Positions 30,141 to 39,582 are shown, counted from the stretch's first letter. The stretch: 64,000 nucleotides of DNA from Candidatus Saccharimonadota bacterium (GCA_027492465.1 JAPUET010000009.1:15687-79686), one strand, 5' to 3'. Notes: generated by a model from the sequence alone, not told the origin. Numbers and translations are program-made.

Positions 30141-31505
30141 TTATGCATAGAGTTTCTCCCGGATTTCGGCAACTTGTTCACGGATCATGAAATCAAGTTT
30201 GATAGATTTTTCTATCTTTTCAACCGAGTGAATAGCGGTGGTGTGATCTTTACGGCCTAGTTCTTGTGCAATTCGCGGAAAACTCATATGAAGCTCACTT
30301 CGAAGAAGATACATCGCAATCTGGCGCGGTGTAACGATGTGCTTATCGCGTTTAGCGCCGCAAATCTCTTTGCTGTCGATCTGAAAGTGGCGAGCAGTTT
30401 TGTCGATAATCTGCTTGGCGGTAACGTGCTGCGGACGCGAATGACGGACATTGCCAAGCAATCCTTCGGCAGTAGTAATATCTGGGGCGACCCCGCGCAT
30501 TTCGGCGTAAGCAAGAAGTTGATTTAAAGCTCCCTCAAGCTCGCGAATGTTCGTCTTGATATTTTTAGCCAAATATTCAACCGTTTCGCGCTCAAGTGTT
30601 ACACCGGAAAGCCCGGCTTTTGTCTCGATAATTGCACATCGCGTTTCGAAATCAGGCATCTGAATATCGATGGCCATACCCCATTCAAACCGACTTCTTA
30701 GGCGCTCGGTAAGGGTGGGGATGCTGCGAGGCGGCTTATCACTACTAATAATAATCTGTTTATTCGCTTGATGAAGGGCGTTAAAGGTATGGAAAAATTC
30801 TTCTTGAGTTTTTTCTTTACCAGCGATGAATTGCATATCGTCAACGATCAACACGTCGGCAGTGCGGTATTTGTCGGATACTTTCTTTTTAAACCGAATT
30901 GCATCGGTGAATTCTTTAACGAACGTATCGGTATTTATATATACCACCTGAGCACTAGGGTTGTGCTGAATAATTTCGTTTCCGACCGCCTGCATAAGAT
31001 GAGTTTTACCGAGGCCAACGCCACCATACAGAAAGAGCGGATTGTATTTAGTACCGGGATTCGCTGCAACTGCCTGACAGGCGGCATAGGCAAGATCGTT
31101 ACTTGAGCCAACAATGAAGTTCTCGAGAGTATAGCGAGGGTTGAGAGTGTTTGACGAGGCGCCATTTGTTGCCATGCTATGGGGCACTGGAGAGAGGAGG
31201 CTTTCGGCGCGCGATGGACTAGGGTCGGACCCGGTAGTCTCGCGACTGATAACACTCCGCTTTACAGCGTGAACACGATATTCAACGCTTGGCGACGGAA
31301 TACCATTGTGTTCTAGAATCTCACGAATCTTGACATCAAAACGTTTTTCGAACTGTGATTTTGCAAAGATGTTAGAGACACCAATGACAAGGGAGTTATC
31401 GGTACAATCAAGCAGTACCGTATTCTTAAACCACGCTTCGAATTGACCGTGGGGTATGCTCAGTTCCATTTCGCCGAGCACGCTCTGCCATAGTGCGTTC
31501 TGCAT
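30141..31505 (-). CDS. dnaA: chromosomal replication initiator DnaA
   Basis: Start chosen at MQNALWQSVL (31505), preceded by SD GAGGGAG. AAA+ Walker A LFLYGGVGLGKTHLMQA, Walker B VLIVDDMQF. C-terminal DNA-binding helix ..DHTTAIHSVEKI. Confidence 0.95.
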   Translation of the reverse strand: MQNALWQSVLGEMELSIPHGQFEAWFKNTVLLDCTDNSLVIGVSNIFAKSQFEKRFDVKIREILEHNGIPSPSVEYRVHAVKRSVISRETTGSDPSPSRAESLLSPVPHSMATNGASSNTLNPRYTLENFIVGSSNDLAYAACQAVAANPGTKYNPLFLYGGVGLGKTHLMQAVGNEIIQHNPSAQVVYINTDTFVKEFTDAIRFKKKVSDKYRTADVLIVDDMQFIAGKEKTQEEFFHTFNALHQANKQIIISSDKPPRSIPTLTERLRSRFEWGMAIDIQMPDFETRCAIIETKAGLSGVTLERETVEYLAKNIKTNIRELEGALNQLLAYAEMRGVAPDITTAEGLLGNVRHSRPQHVTAKQIIDKTARHFQIDSKEICGAKRDKHIVTPRQIAMYLLRSELHMSFPRIAQELGRKDHTTAIHSVEKIEKSIKLDFMIREQVAEIREKLYA

Positions 31506-31552
31506 CCATCTCCCTCTCTTTAGACTATCTTCTATGATAGCGATATTTCGAG

Positions 31553-31681
31553 TTTTCCACAACCGTGCAAGTGTTGTGGATTTTTACCTCTACACTACCC
31601 GCAAGACAGAGGTTGAATTTATCCACAAACAGCATCTACATCTGTTAAAACTGTGGATAAAAAAGCCCCCAGTGTGGATAA
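31553..31681. promoter_or_regulatory. oriC DnaA-box cluster (dnaA-rpmH intergenic)
   Basis: Perfect boxes: TTATCCACA at 31619-31627, and TGTGGATAA at 31652-31660 and 31673-31681. Near-consensus boxes: TTTTCCACA at 31553-31561 and TGTGGATTT at 31575-31583. Confidence 0.8.
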
Positions 31682-31724
31682 AAGAAATTGTAGGCTACAA
31701 TTTGGACAAAGTTTCAAGGACATA

Positions 31725-31753
31725 TTGATTAAAGTGGTGATAAGGGGTATAAT
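31725..31753 (+). promoter_or_regulatory. sigma70-like promoter of rpmH (apparently leaderless)
   Basis: TTGATT (31725-31730), 17-nt spacer, TATAAT (31748-31753). The rpmH ATG at 31763 is 9 nt after the -10, and there is no SD. Confidence 0.5.
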
Positions 31754-31762
31754 GACAAAGAT

Positions 31763-31900
31763 ATGCCAAAGCGAACATACCAACCACATACCCGTCACCG
31801 CGCAAAGACACATGGCTTTCGTGCGCGTGTGGCATCAAAGGCTGGCCGACTTGTACTCAAGCGTCGCCGTGCGAAAGGTCGCGCTAAGATAGCCATCTAA
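31763..31900 (+). CDS. rpmH: 50S ribosomal protein L34
   Basis: Not in the ORF track (45 aa). Translated by hand: [45 protein letters not shown], a canonical L34 sequence, in the conserved position upstream of rnpA. Confidence 0.93.
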   Translation: MPKRTYQPHTRHRAKTHGFRARVASKAGRLVLKRRRAKGRAKIAI

Positions 31901-31915
31901 AGCTACGATAGAAAA

Positions 31916-31946
31916 AGAGGCTCGCTGGGACGAGGCTCTTTTTTTG
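31916..31946 (+). terminator. rho-independent terminator/attenuator after rpmH
   Basis: Stem AGAGGCTCG / CGAGGCTCT (8 of 9 paired), loop CTGGGA, followed by a T7 run. Confidence 0.65.
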
Positions 31947-31992
31947 TTGGTCTTTCGTAAGGCACTAATAGATACGGTATACTAAAGTAACA

Positions 31993-32346
31993 ATGATTGC
32001 CTCTCAATTTCGTTTTCACGGTCACGGAAGCCTGCGCTATCTATTTAAGAATGCTCAGGCCATCCGTTCGCGTCATGTAACGGTGAAATATATAAAAAAC
32101 CCGCACCGAAAAAAATCACGATTTGCAGTAGTGGTAAGTAAGAAGGTACATAAAAGTGCCGTGGGCCGTAACCGTATGCGTCGGCGGTTGTATGAGATCG
32201 TGCGGAACGAGCAGGTTCGGTTTGATGGCATATATGATGTGGCGATCATTGTTACGAGCGCCGAAGTAATAAGTGTGGAACATGCTGATTTAAAACGGGC
32301 AATACGAGAAGTTTTTACTCGTGCAGGTATGTATAACTCACTCTAG
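31993..32346 (+). CDS. rnpA: ribonuclease P protein component
   Basis: 117-aa basic ORF between rpmH and yidC. Contains the RNR-like motif (KKVHKSAVGRNRMRRRLYEIVR). Confidence 0.9.
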   Translation: MIASQFRFHGHGSLRYLFKNAQAIRSRHVTVKYIKNPHRKKSRFAVVVSKKVHKSAVGRNRMRRRLYEIVRNEQVRFDGIYDVAIIVTSAEVISVEHADLKRAIREVFTRAGMYNSL

Positions 32347-32381
32347 TAATGGTACAATAGTAAAGATATAGTGGAGTTTTT

Positions 32382-33311
32382 ATGTTTGATACGATAATCG
32401 TAAAGCCTATCTTTAACGCCCTCATGCTACTGTATAGTATTATTCCTGGTGGCGATTTTGGAGTTGCAATTATTCTCTTTACAATTTTTATCCGTGTCCT
32501 TATTTACCCGCTTGTTCGTAAACAGTTACACCAGACAAAATTGATGCGCAAACTGCAGCCAGAACTTGCCAAAATTAAAAAGGCGGCTAACGGTAATCGT
32601 CAACTTGAAGCAACAATGCAAATGGAGCTATATAAAAAGAATGGTGTTAGCCCATTTCAGTCTATTTTTGTCTTACTAATACAGTTACCGATCTTTATTG
32701 GGCTTTACCATGTGATTCAGGTAATTACATTGCACCGTGATGAAGTAGTGAAATTGGCGTATGGTCCAATTCAGCAACTTGAACCGATTAAAAAAATCAT
32801 CGAAAATCCTGACAATTTCAATCACACCATGCTTGGATTTATCGATCTCACAAAGACAGCATTTAGTAATGGTCAAATAAACGTCGTTCTATTGGTGCTG
32901 GCGCTGATTTCGGCTGTTACACAGTACATTATGAGCAAGCAAACCTTGCCATCTAGCGATAAACCAAAGAAACGTTTCCGTGACATTATGAAAGAGGCGG
33001 CCGAAGGAAAGCAATCTGACGCTCAGGAAATGAGCGCTGCAATGATGACAAATATGGTGAAAATTATGCCAATCATGATGTTCTTTATTATGGTGAATCT
33101 ACCTGGGGCGCTCGCCTTGTATTATACTGTTTCAAACCTTGTTGCAACCGCTCAACAGCACTACCTTCTTAATAAAGATACCGAAGAGATGGATGAGCTT
33201 GCAGATGAAATTATCGAAAAACCGGAAGCTAAATCATCGCGTAAAAAAGCGGGACAGCGTGCTAAAAAAGCCGCCGAAGGTAATATTACGCGTATAAAGG
33301 CGAAAGGCTAG
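32382..33311 (+). CDS. yidC: membrane protein insertase YidC (short, monoderm-type)
   Basis: 309-aa ORF. Contains FGVAIILFTIFIRVLIYPL...KQ...M..LQPE...I..K and a conserved hydrophilic-groove helix pattern, with a basic C-terminal tail. Conserved position after rnpA. Confidence 0.9.
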   Translation: MFDTIIVKPIFNALMLLYSIIPGGDFGVAIILFTIFIRVLIYPLVRKQLHQTKLMRKLQPELAKIKKAANGNRQLEATMQMELYKKNGVSPFQSIFVLLIQLPIFIGLYHVIQVITLHRDEVVKLAYGPIQQLEPIKKIIENPDNFNHTMLGFIDLTKTAFSNGQINVVLLVLALISAVTQYIMSKQTLPSSDKPKKRFRDIMKEAAEGKQSDAQEMSAAMMTNMVKIMPIMMFFIMVNLPGALALYYTVSNLVATAQQHYLLNKDTEEMDELADEIIEKPEAKSSRKKAGQRAKKAAEGNITRIKAKG

Positions 33312-33320
33312 GAGAAAGCG

Positions 33321-33782
33321 ATGGATCAGACACAGTCAATTGAATTTGCACGTAAATTTTTACAAGATATTATTTCGTTTTTTGGTGAAAATATAGAGGT
33401 GACGGCTAAGTTAGAAGAAGATGTTATTGAGTTATACGTTGAGAGTAGCGATAGTAACAGTATTTTGATTGGCCGTAATGCTGAGACGCTTCGTAGCTTG
33501 CAATATCTTGTAAGCACGGCGCTTCGTAATAATAATGGCGAACTGGTGCGAGTTAACGTAGACATCGCTGATTACAAAAAACAGCGCGAAGAGAAAATTG
33601 CCGAAAAGGCTCGAGGGTGGATTGAAGAAGTTCGCGCTACGGGTGATTCGTATATTGCCCATATCAACGCCGCTGATCGTCGCATTGTGCACCGTGTTGC
33701 GCAGGAATATAGCGATATTCGCACGTACTCAGAGGGTGAGGGCCGCGACCGCCGCATTGTAATTGCACAGGCAAGCTCATAA
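33321..33782 (+). CDS. jag: Jag/KhpB-type RNA-binding protein (KH + R3H)
   Basis: 153-aa ORF after yidC. The C-terminal R3H region has ADRRIVHRVAQEYSDIRTYSEGEGRDRRIVI. Confidence 0.85.
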   Translation: MDQTQSIEFARKFLQDIISFFGENIEVTAKLEEDVIELYVESSDSNSILIGRNAETLRSLQYLVSTALRNNNGELVRVNVDIADYKKQREEKIAEKARGWIEEVRATGDSYIAHINAADRRIVHRVAQEYSDIRTYSEGEGRDRRIVIAQASS

Positions 33783-33795
33783 CTACATAGCATAG

Positions 33796-35214
33796 ATGAA
33801 GAGACCAATGTGGGCGAGGTTGATGCTCGCGAAGATAAGGCGGCATAAATGGTTTATTATTGCGTGTGTCGTTGGATTTACTTGCTACTTTGTTTCAGCG
33901 TTATATAAACATCTTCACTTCAGTAGCACGGGGTTTGACCTTGTTATTTTTGACCAAGCTGTTCGTCATTATAGCGAATTTATGGCGCCAGCGAGTAGCT
34001 TTCGCGGCTTTTCCAATCTTCTAGGTGACCATTTTCACCCGATACTAATCCTTCTGGCGCCGCTTTATTGGATATACGACTCGCCAATTACATTACTTTT
34101 TGCGCAGGCACTCCTTGTTGCGTCCGCGGCTATACCGATATATCGTTTCGGGTTAAAAAAGATTGGGAAAATGCCAGCGACTTTTGTGGTTATTGCTTTT
34201 CTTTTTAGCGGCGCGGTTCTGCGGATGGTGTACTTTGATTTCCATGAAATAGCCTTTGCTATACCGTTGATTGCCTGGGCGATTTATTTTATGGAAACGA
34301 ACAAGTGGCTTCCAATGTATATTTCGTTGGCACTACTACTTTTAACAAAAGAAAGTTTTGGTATGCTTGTCGTATTTTTCGGAATTTATCTGTTGACGCG
34401 TCGAAAGATTATTCATGGCATTAGTTTGGTTATAGGAGGCGTTACGGCATTCTTAGTTACAACAAAAATCGTTATACCTTTTTTTGCTGGTGGGGGCGAG
34501 TTCATGTATTGGTCGTATGATCAGCTAGGTAAAGACCTCGGTTCGTCGCTCGTAACAATTATGACAAATCCGTTATTTGCGCTTTCCCTACTATTTTTTC
34601 CTGTGGTGAAGGTGGTAACCCTCATTAAGACATTTGGAGTTTACTTGGGAATTAATTTTCTTTCGCCACTTATGATTTTAGCAGTTCCGCTATTACTTGA
34701 GCGGTTTTTGTCGTCGACCGAAAACTATTGGCAATTTACCTATCATTATGGTGCAACGCTCATGCCAATCACTGCTATGGCGCTTATTGATGGTTTGCCA
34801 CGACTCTATAAGTTTAGGTTTATGAAACGATTTAAAAAGGAAAATGTCTATCAGTATATAACGGCAAGTATCGCTGTTGTCATAAGTCTGCTATTTTTCG
34901 TTTCTCCGCTTAATACTATAATGACACCATCAACCTATACTTTGAGTGGTGATGAGAAAAAAGGCTACGCGCTCCTAGATTCTATAAATGATGACGCGTC
35001 GCTATGTGTTACGAATCATATCGCGCCGCATGTAGGAAAACACGAGTTAACACACATAGGAATAACAGAGGTAAAAAAGCTGTCGTGCGATACGATAATT
35101 ACCTCTATACAATACGACCAATCGCCATTACTTAGTAAAACGATTACTATGGCCAAGAATCAGGGGTATTCTTTGAAACAAACTTCTGGTAGTTGGTTGG
35201 TGTATAAAAAGTAG
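33796..35214 (+). CDS. DUF2079-like polytopic membrane protein (GT-C-like)
   Basis: 472-aa ORF with more than 10 predicted TM helices. The N-terminal loop GFDLVIFDQAVRHY matches the DUF2079 hallmark. Confidence 0.75.
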   Translation: MKRPMWARLMLAKIRRHKWFIIACVVGFTCYFVSALYKHLHFSSTGFDLVIFDQAVRHYSEFMAPASSFRGFSNLLGDHFHPILILLAPLYWIYDSPITLLFAQALLVASAAIPIYRFGLKKIGKMPATFVVIAFLFSGAVLRMVYFDFHEIAFAIPLIAWAIYFMETNKWLPMYISLALLLLTKESFGMLVVFFGIYLLTRRKIIHGISLVIGGVTAFLVTTKIVIPFFAGGGEFMYWSYDQLGKDLGSSLVTIMTNPLFALSLLFFPVVKVVTLIKTFGVYLGINFLSPLMILAVPLLLERFLSSTENYWQFTYHYGATLMPITAMALIDGLPRLYKFRFMKRFKKENVYQYITASIAVVISLLFFVSPLNTIMTPSTYTLSGDEKKGYALLDSINDDASLCVTNHIAPHVGKHELTHIGITEVKKLSCDTIITSIQYDQSPLLSKTITMAKNQGYSLKQTSGSWLVYKK

Positions 35215-35215
35215 A

Positions 35216-36310
35216 CTACTGATCGAGCACTTTTATGTATAGCGCATGGGTTTCAATAGCCATTTTTTTCCAGGAGAATTTTTTTACTTGTTCAAAGCCT
35301 TTGGCTGAAAGTCGCTTTTGGAGCTCAGGGTCGCTTATTACGGTATCGATCGCCTCGGCCATCTCGTTTACGTTTGTGGGGTCAAAATAGTACGCTGCAT
35401 CTTCGTAGACTTCGGGAAGGCAGGTCGCATTACTGCTAACAACAGGGGTTCCGTATCCCATTGCTTCAAGCCCAGGAAGGCCGAACCCCTCCATGAGGGA
35501 AGGGAAAACATACGCTTTTGCTTGAGTGAAGAGCCAGTCTCGTTCGGGGTTTGATATTCGGCCGGGAAAAAAAATATTTTTGTAATTTTTTTCCTTGAAG
35601 TAGGCTTCGGTATTTAAGGTTGCTTTATTTTTTGCACCTACCAACACGAGCCCCAGATCTGGATATTTTTCGAGTAGCAATTGATGAGCATCGCCTAGCC
35701 TCTTTATATTTTTATAATCACTTTCTTTACCCACGTACATGATGAATTGTTTGAAAGGAATTTTTACCTCTATTAAATCCTTGATTTCAATAGCGAGTGA
35801 CGCCTCGTAGATAAGATGTACCTTATCTTTTGGCACGCCCAGCTTTGCGAGCATTTCTTGTTGTACATAATCTGTCGGTACGATAATAGCGTCTGATAGT
35901 TGAGTGATTTTACGAAAGGCATACTGACCAACCAGCTGTTTGAATCGGTACATCAACCAATTTTTATCAGAGTTGTAGGTGTTGAGTAAAATAAGGTCGT
36001 GAAATGTTGTGACCCGCTTGCCTCTATAGAGAAGCGGTTGCTGCGGAAGGCAGAAATGTACTAAATCGGCATGTAAACTATTTAAGAACCGTCGAAACTC
36101 TAGCTGTTCGGCGAGAGAATAAAGTTTTACATCACAGGTGACAATAGTAAAGTTTGGATTTTGTGGCGTATAAAATGTTTTATCTTTTGAGGGAACAATA
36201 ACAATATACTCATTTATGTCGTCTACTAGTTCAAGCTCTCGTAGCAGTTCCTGAATGTACGTGCCAGTTGATGAGTTAATAATTCGAGCATCAATAGCGA
36301 TTTTTGCCAT
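35216..36310 (-). CDS. glycosyltransferase family 4 (GT-B)
   Basis: 364-aa ORF. C-terminal E-x7-E region: FPSLMEGFGLPGLEAMGYGTPVVSSN. Confidence 0.88.
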   Translation of the reverse strand: MAKIAIDARIINSSTGTYIQELLRELELVDDINEYIVIVPSKDKTFYTPQNPNFTIVTCDVKLYSLAEQLEFRRFLNSLHADLVHFCLPQQPLLYRGKRVTTFHDLILLNTYNSDKNWLMYRFKQLVGQYAFRKITQLSDAIIVPTDYVQQEMLAKLGVPKDKVHLIYEASLAIEIKDLIEVKIPFKQFIMYVGKESDYKNIKRLGDAHQLLLEKYPDLGLVLVGAKNKATLNTEAYFKEKNYKNIFFPGRISNPERDWLFTQAKAYVFPSLMEGFGLPGLEAMGYGTPVVSSNATCLPEVYEDAAYYFDPTNVNEMAEAIDTVISDPELQKRLSAKGFEQVKKFSWKKMAIETHALYIKVLDQ

Positions 36311-36314
36311 ACTA

Positions 36315-37325
36315 TTACCTATGAAATATCCTTTTATAAAATGGTCTTGTGCTGGTCGGCAATCCCTGGTGGATAATTGACTTTAGGTAGCCAATACTCA
36401 CTTTTCGGCGCTGTTGAATCCTACGTCTTTCGCGTAAGGCATGAGGAAATAAGCCAATACTTTTTATCATTCCTTTCGTTGCAACTCCTGCCTGGCCATT
36501 AACGATACTTCGTATATACATTAATCCATAGCAAGCATAAAAACGGATTGCGGTTCCAAAAAAGAGCTGAATTGGTACGTTTTTCCAAAGAAAGACAGGC
36601 TGATTTTTGAATGTCTGAAAGAGGGTAAAACCCGGCATCTTGCCGCTTGTCGTACCATGGTCATGGTAGGCGAGGGCATCTTTTTCGTAATACGCTTTGT
36701 AGCCAGCGAGCTGAGCCCGATAGCTTATATCGGTATCTTCAAAATAGGCAAAGAACGTTTCGTCGAAAAGGCCGATATCTTTAAATAGCGATGTTTTATA
36801 TATTGATGCGCCGGCAGTTCCGCCAAATACATACCCGGAGCTTTGGGCTTTTGTGACATGCTCACCACGTTGTCTTGGGAAGGGGAGTCCATACGAAGAA
36901 TACGAATCGCCCGTACTCTCAATCAATTCACCGGTACTTTCAAGCAGCAGTCCGGTAACAACAGCGATTGTTTTGTCTTTGCTAAATATTGCTTTAAGCT
37001 GGGCGAGCCATGGTTTTGTTAGTGTAGCATCGTTATTTAGTAGGACAATGTACTCAAAGTCCTCTTTAATAGCTTTTCTAATACCCACATTCACGCCGCC
37101 CGCAAAACCGAGGTTAACTGGCTCTTTATGAAAGGTGACGAGAGGGTCGTTATTGTATTTTCTAAGTTTTTCTAAAGACTCATCGTGAGATCCGTTATCG
37201 ATCAATAAAATACGAAAGTCCTTATCCGACTGAGCTTTGATTGAGTCGATACAGACGAGAGTTTCCTGCCAGCCATTAAAGTTTAAAACGACAAAGAGTG
37301 TCGAGTTTTTACGAGTTGTGGACAT
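36315..37325 (-). CDS. glycosyltransferase family 2 (rhamnosyltransferase-like)
   Basis: 336-aa ORF. Contains FVVLNFNGWQET, LIDNGSHDES, LLNNDA and YFEDTD motifs of GT-A GT2 enzymes. Confidence 0.88.
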   Translation of the reverse strand: MSTTRKNSTLFVVLNFNGWQETLVCIDSIKAQSDKDFRILLIDNGSHDESLEKLRKYNNDPLVTFHKEPVNLGFAGGVNVGIRKAIKEDFEYIVLLNNDATLTKPWLAQLKAIFSKDKTIAVVTGLLLESTGELIESTGDSYSSYGLPFPRQRGEHVTKAQSSGYVFGGTAGASIYKTSLFKDIGLFDETFFAYFEDTDISYRAQLAGYKAYYEKDALAYHDHGTTSGKMPGFTLFQTFKNQPVFLWKNVPIQLFFGTAIRFYACYGLMYIRSIVNGQAGVATKGMIKSIGLFPHALRERRRIQQRRKVSIGYLKSIIHQGLPTSTRPFYKRIFHR

Positions 37326-37340
37326 AGAAGTATTATATCA

Positions 37341-37775
37341 CTAAGAGGTAGGTTTGGATTTTTTGAAGACAACTCGCGAATACAGCAAGTAGTTCCAAGT
37401 TAGGGAAGCGACCGTGGCGAGGAGCTTAGCTGCAAAGAGTCCAAGCCCCGAGTTGTGGAAGAGTGCCGTAAGCGGCGGTTCGGCTATTACTATAATGGCG
37501 GTTTGAATGACCCAAAGTCCGACTAGCGTCACGATAATAAAAAGAATGAGCTCACGCATGACGTTCGTGCCAGTTGTCTTAAACGTATATTTTTTATTAG
37601 CAAAAAAGCTAAATATAAACGCTATACCGGTTGAAAAAATATTCGCTAATTCAACTGGTACGCCAAGTGCCTTGAAGCCGAATAGTAGTCCGAAATCAAG
37701 CGCCGTGTTAGCACCGCCCACAAGCCCGAACCTAAGGAGCTGAGGGTTATTTTTTATCTTTTCGATGAGATTCAT
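37341..37775 (-). CDS. GtrA-family membrane protein
   Basis: 144-aa ORF with 4 TM helices. Contains LLRFGLVGGANTALDFGLLF and a C-terminal NYLLYSRVVFK pattern typical of GtrA. Overlaps the upstream GT2 gene. Confidence 0.85.
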   Translation of the reverse strand: MNLIEKIKNNPQLLRFGLVGGANTALDFGLLFGFKALGVPVELANIFSTGIAFIFSFFANKKYTFKTTGTNVMRELILFIIVTLVGLWVIQTAIIVIAEPPLTALFHNSGLGLFAAKLLATVASLTWNYLLYSRVVFKKSKPTS

Positions 37776-38697
37776 GATACTCCTCTATGAAGTAAGGTGG
37801 TCGACGTTTTGTTTCGTTAAAAATGCGTCCGATATATTCCCCGATAACACCAATGCTGAGCAATTGTACACCGCCGAGGAACAGAACGGCCGCCATAATC
37901 GATGAATATCCGGCACCTGTTGAAACACCGAATAATGGGCGAACTAAAAGGTAAAGAATGTAAATAAAAGCAACAATTGACACGAGCGCACCAACATAGG
38001 TTGAGGTGCGTAGCGGAGCGGTTGTAAAGCTTGTAATGCCGTCGATGGCAAGATTAATGAGCTTTGCATAATTCCATTTCGTTTCACCGGCGGCGCGAGG
38101 GTCGCGGTTATAAAGGATCTCTTTTTTGTGGTAGCCGATCCAGCTAAACATACCTTTCGTATAGCGTTCCGATTCGCGGAATTGCTTTAATGCCTCAATG
38201 CAACGTCGATCGAGCAGGCGAAAATCACCGGTATCAATTTGAATAGGAATACGCGTCGAATTTTGCAGAATTTTATAATACCACTGACTCGTTTTCTTTT
38301 TGAGCCAACTTTCACCGGCGCGCGATCGGCGTTTTGCAAAGACATCATCATAGCCTTCTTCCCAATATTTGATCATCTTGGGAATGAGTTCCGGTGGATC
38401 TTGCAGATCAGCGTCAATAATTACCATCGCATCCCCGCGCACGTGATCAAATCCGGCAAGCATTGCAGTTTCTTTACCAAAATTACGACTTAGGTTTATG
38501 TACGCAACACGCTTATCTGTTTTGGCGTAGTCACGAATAATCTCGTAGGTTTTATCGCGGCTGCCGTCATTAACAAAAAAGAATTCAAAATCGTACATAT
38601 CGTTACTTGCTGCCAATTTGTCGAGACGTTCGAATAGCATACCCAGCACCTCTTCTTCGTTGTAGGCTGGAATAAGGATAGAAATAAGTTTTTTCAT
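37747..38697 (-). CDS. polyprenol-phosphate glycosyltransferase (GT2, GtrB/DPM1-like)
   Basis: 316-aa ORF. Contains ILIPAYNEEEVL, VNDGSRDKT, IDADLQDPPELI and two C-terminal TM helices. Confidence 0.9.
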   Translation of the reverse strand: MKKLISILIPAYNEEEVLGMLFERLDKLAASNDMYDFEFFFVNDGSRDKTYEIIRDYAKTDKRVAYINLSRNFGKETAMLAGFDHVRGDAMVIIDADLQDPPELIPKMIKYWEEGYDDVFAKRRSRAGESWLKKKTSQWYYKILQNSTRIPIQIDTGDFRLLDRRCIEALKQFRESERYTKGMFSWIGYHKKEILYNRDPRAAGETKWNYAKLINLAIDGITSFTTAPLRTSTYVGALVSIVAFIYILYLLVRPLFGVSTGAGYSSIMAAVLFLGGVQLLSIGVIGEYIGRIFNETKRRPPYFIEEYHESHRKDKK

Positions 38698-38709
38698 CTT
38701 TTTATAATA

Positions 38710-39582
38710 CTACGTAATCTTGGATATGAGCTGAGTAATACTATCGGCAACGGTTGCACCAGAGTTTTTGAGATATTCAGTCTTTGCCCCGGCAGATTCA
38801 AGGCTATTGGTGCCCAGAATTGCGCCGGCGTGCCCCATTTGCACGCCAACCGGGGCACTATGCCCGGCCACGTATGCGTACACGGGCTTGGTTACAGAGT
38901 CGCGAATGTAATGCCCCGCGGCAACTTCATCTGTGCCACCAATCTCACCAATCATTACAATGCGCTTTACCTCTGGATCTCGTTCAAACATTTCGAGACA
39001 CTCGATAAACCCGGTCCCGCGTACCATGTCGCCACCTATACCTATGATGTACTTTTGGCCGAATCCTGCTTTTGTGAGTAGATCCATCGCTTCGTAGGTG
39101 AGCGTACCGCTACGGCTGACGACTGCTGTATCACCAGGGGTGGCAAGGCGAGCAGGAATAATACCGAGCAAGTGTTTGCTGGGCACTAATACTCCAGGGC
39201 AGTTCGGTCCAATAAGAACACTACTACTACTACTACTACTACCGTAAAGCCTTCTGCGAATGGCAAGCATGTCATGAACTGGTATATGCTCGGTAATGCA
39301 AACGATGAGCGGCACCTCGGCGTCAATTGCCTCGAAGATCGCTGCTTTGGCGAAAGCGGCCGGTACGAATATCACCGAAATATCAACCGTAAATTCTTTT
39401 TGAATGTCCTTTACTGAGCTATATACGGGGATTTCATCAATTTTGCTTCCTGCTTTATTCGGTGAAGTGCCGGCAACAATATGTGTGCCGTATGCCACCA
39501 TGTTGCGGGTATGAAACGTGCCTTGAGAGCCGGTAATTCCTTGAACAATGACGTTTTTTCCAGTAAAAATAGTGTTATTCAT
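38710..39582 (-). CDS. sucD: succinyl-CoA ligase (ADP/GDP-forming) alpha subunit
   Basis: 290-aa ORF. Contains VIVQGITGSQGTFH, IGPNCPG, SRSGTLTYE, and the phosphohistidine loop MGHAGAI. Contains a poly-Ser insertion (GSSSSSSSV). Confidence 0.93.
   Translation of the reverse strand: MNNTIFTGKNVIVQGITGSQGTFHTRNMVAYGTHIVAGTSPNKAGSKIDEIPVYSSVKDIQKEFTVDISVIFVPAAFAKAAIFEAIDAEVPLIVCITEHIPVHDMLAIRRRLYGSSSSSSSVLIGPNCPGVLVPSKHLLGIIPARLATPGDTAVVSRSGTLTYEAMDLLTKAGFGQKYIIGIGGDMVRGTGFIECLEMFERDPEVKRIVMIGEIGGTDEVAAGHYIRDSVTKPVYAYVAGHSAPVGVQMGHAGAILGTNSLESAGAKTEYLKNSGATVADSITQLISKIT
39220..39240 (-). repeat. (AGT)7 trinucleotide microsatellite inside sucD (Ser7)
   Basis: The plus strand reads ACT x7 exactly. 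In frame, it encodes SSSSSSS just before the conserved IGPNCPG motif. Confidence 0.95.

Noticed and set aside
29870-30190. Two overlapping ORFs (103 aa on the minus strand, 67 aa on the plus strand) in the dnaA-dnaN spacer
   Set aside because: Neither has an SD or any recognisable motif, and they overlap each other on opposite strands. The region carries DnaA-box-like 9-mers. It is treated as non-coding origin-associated DNA.
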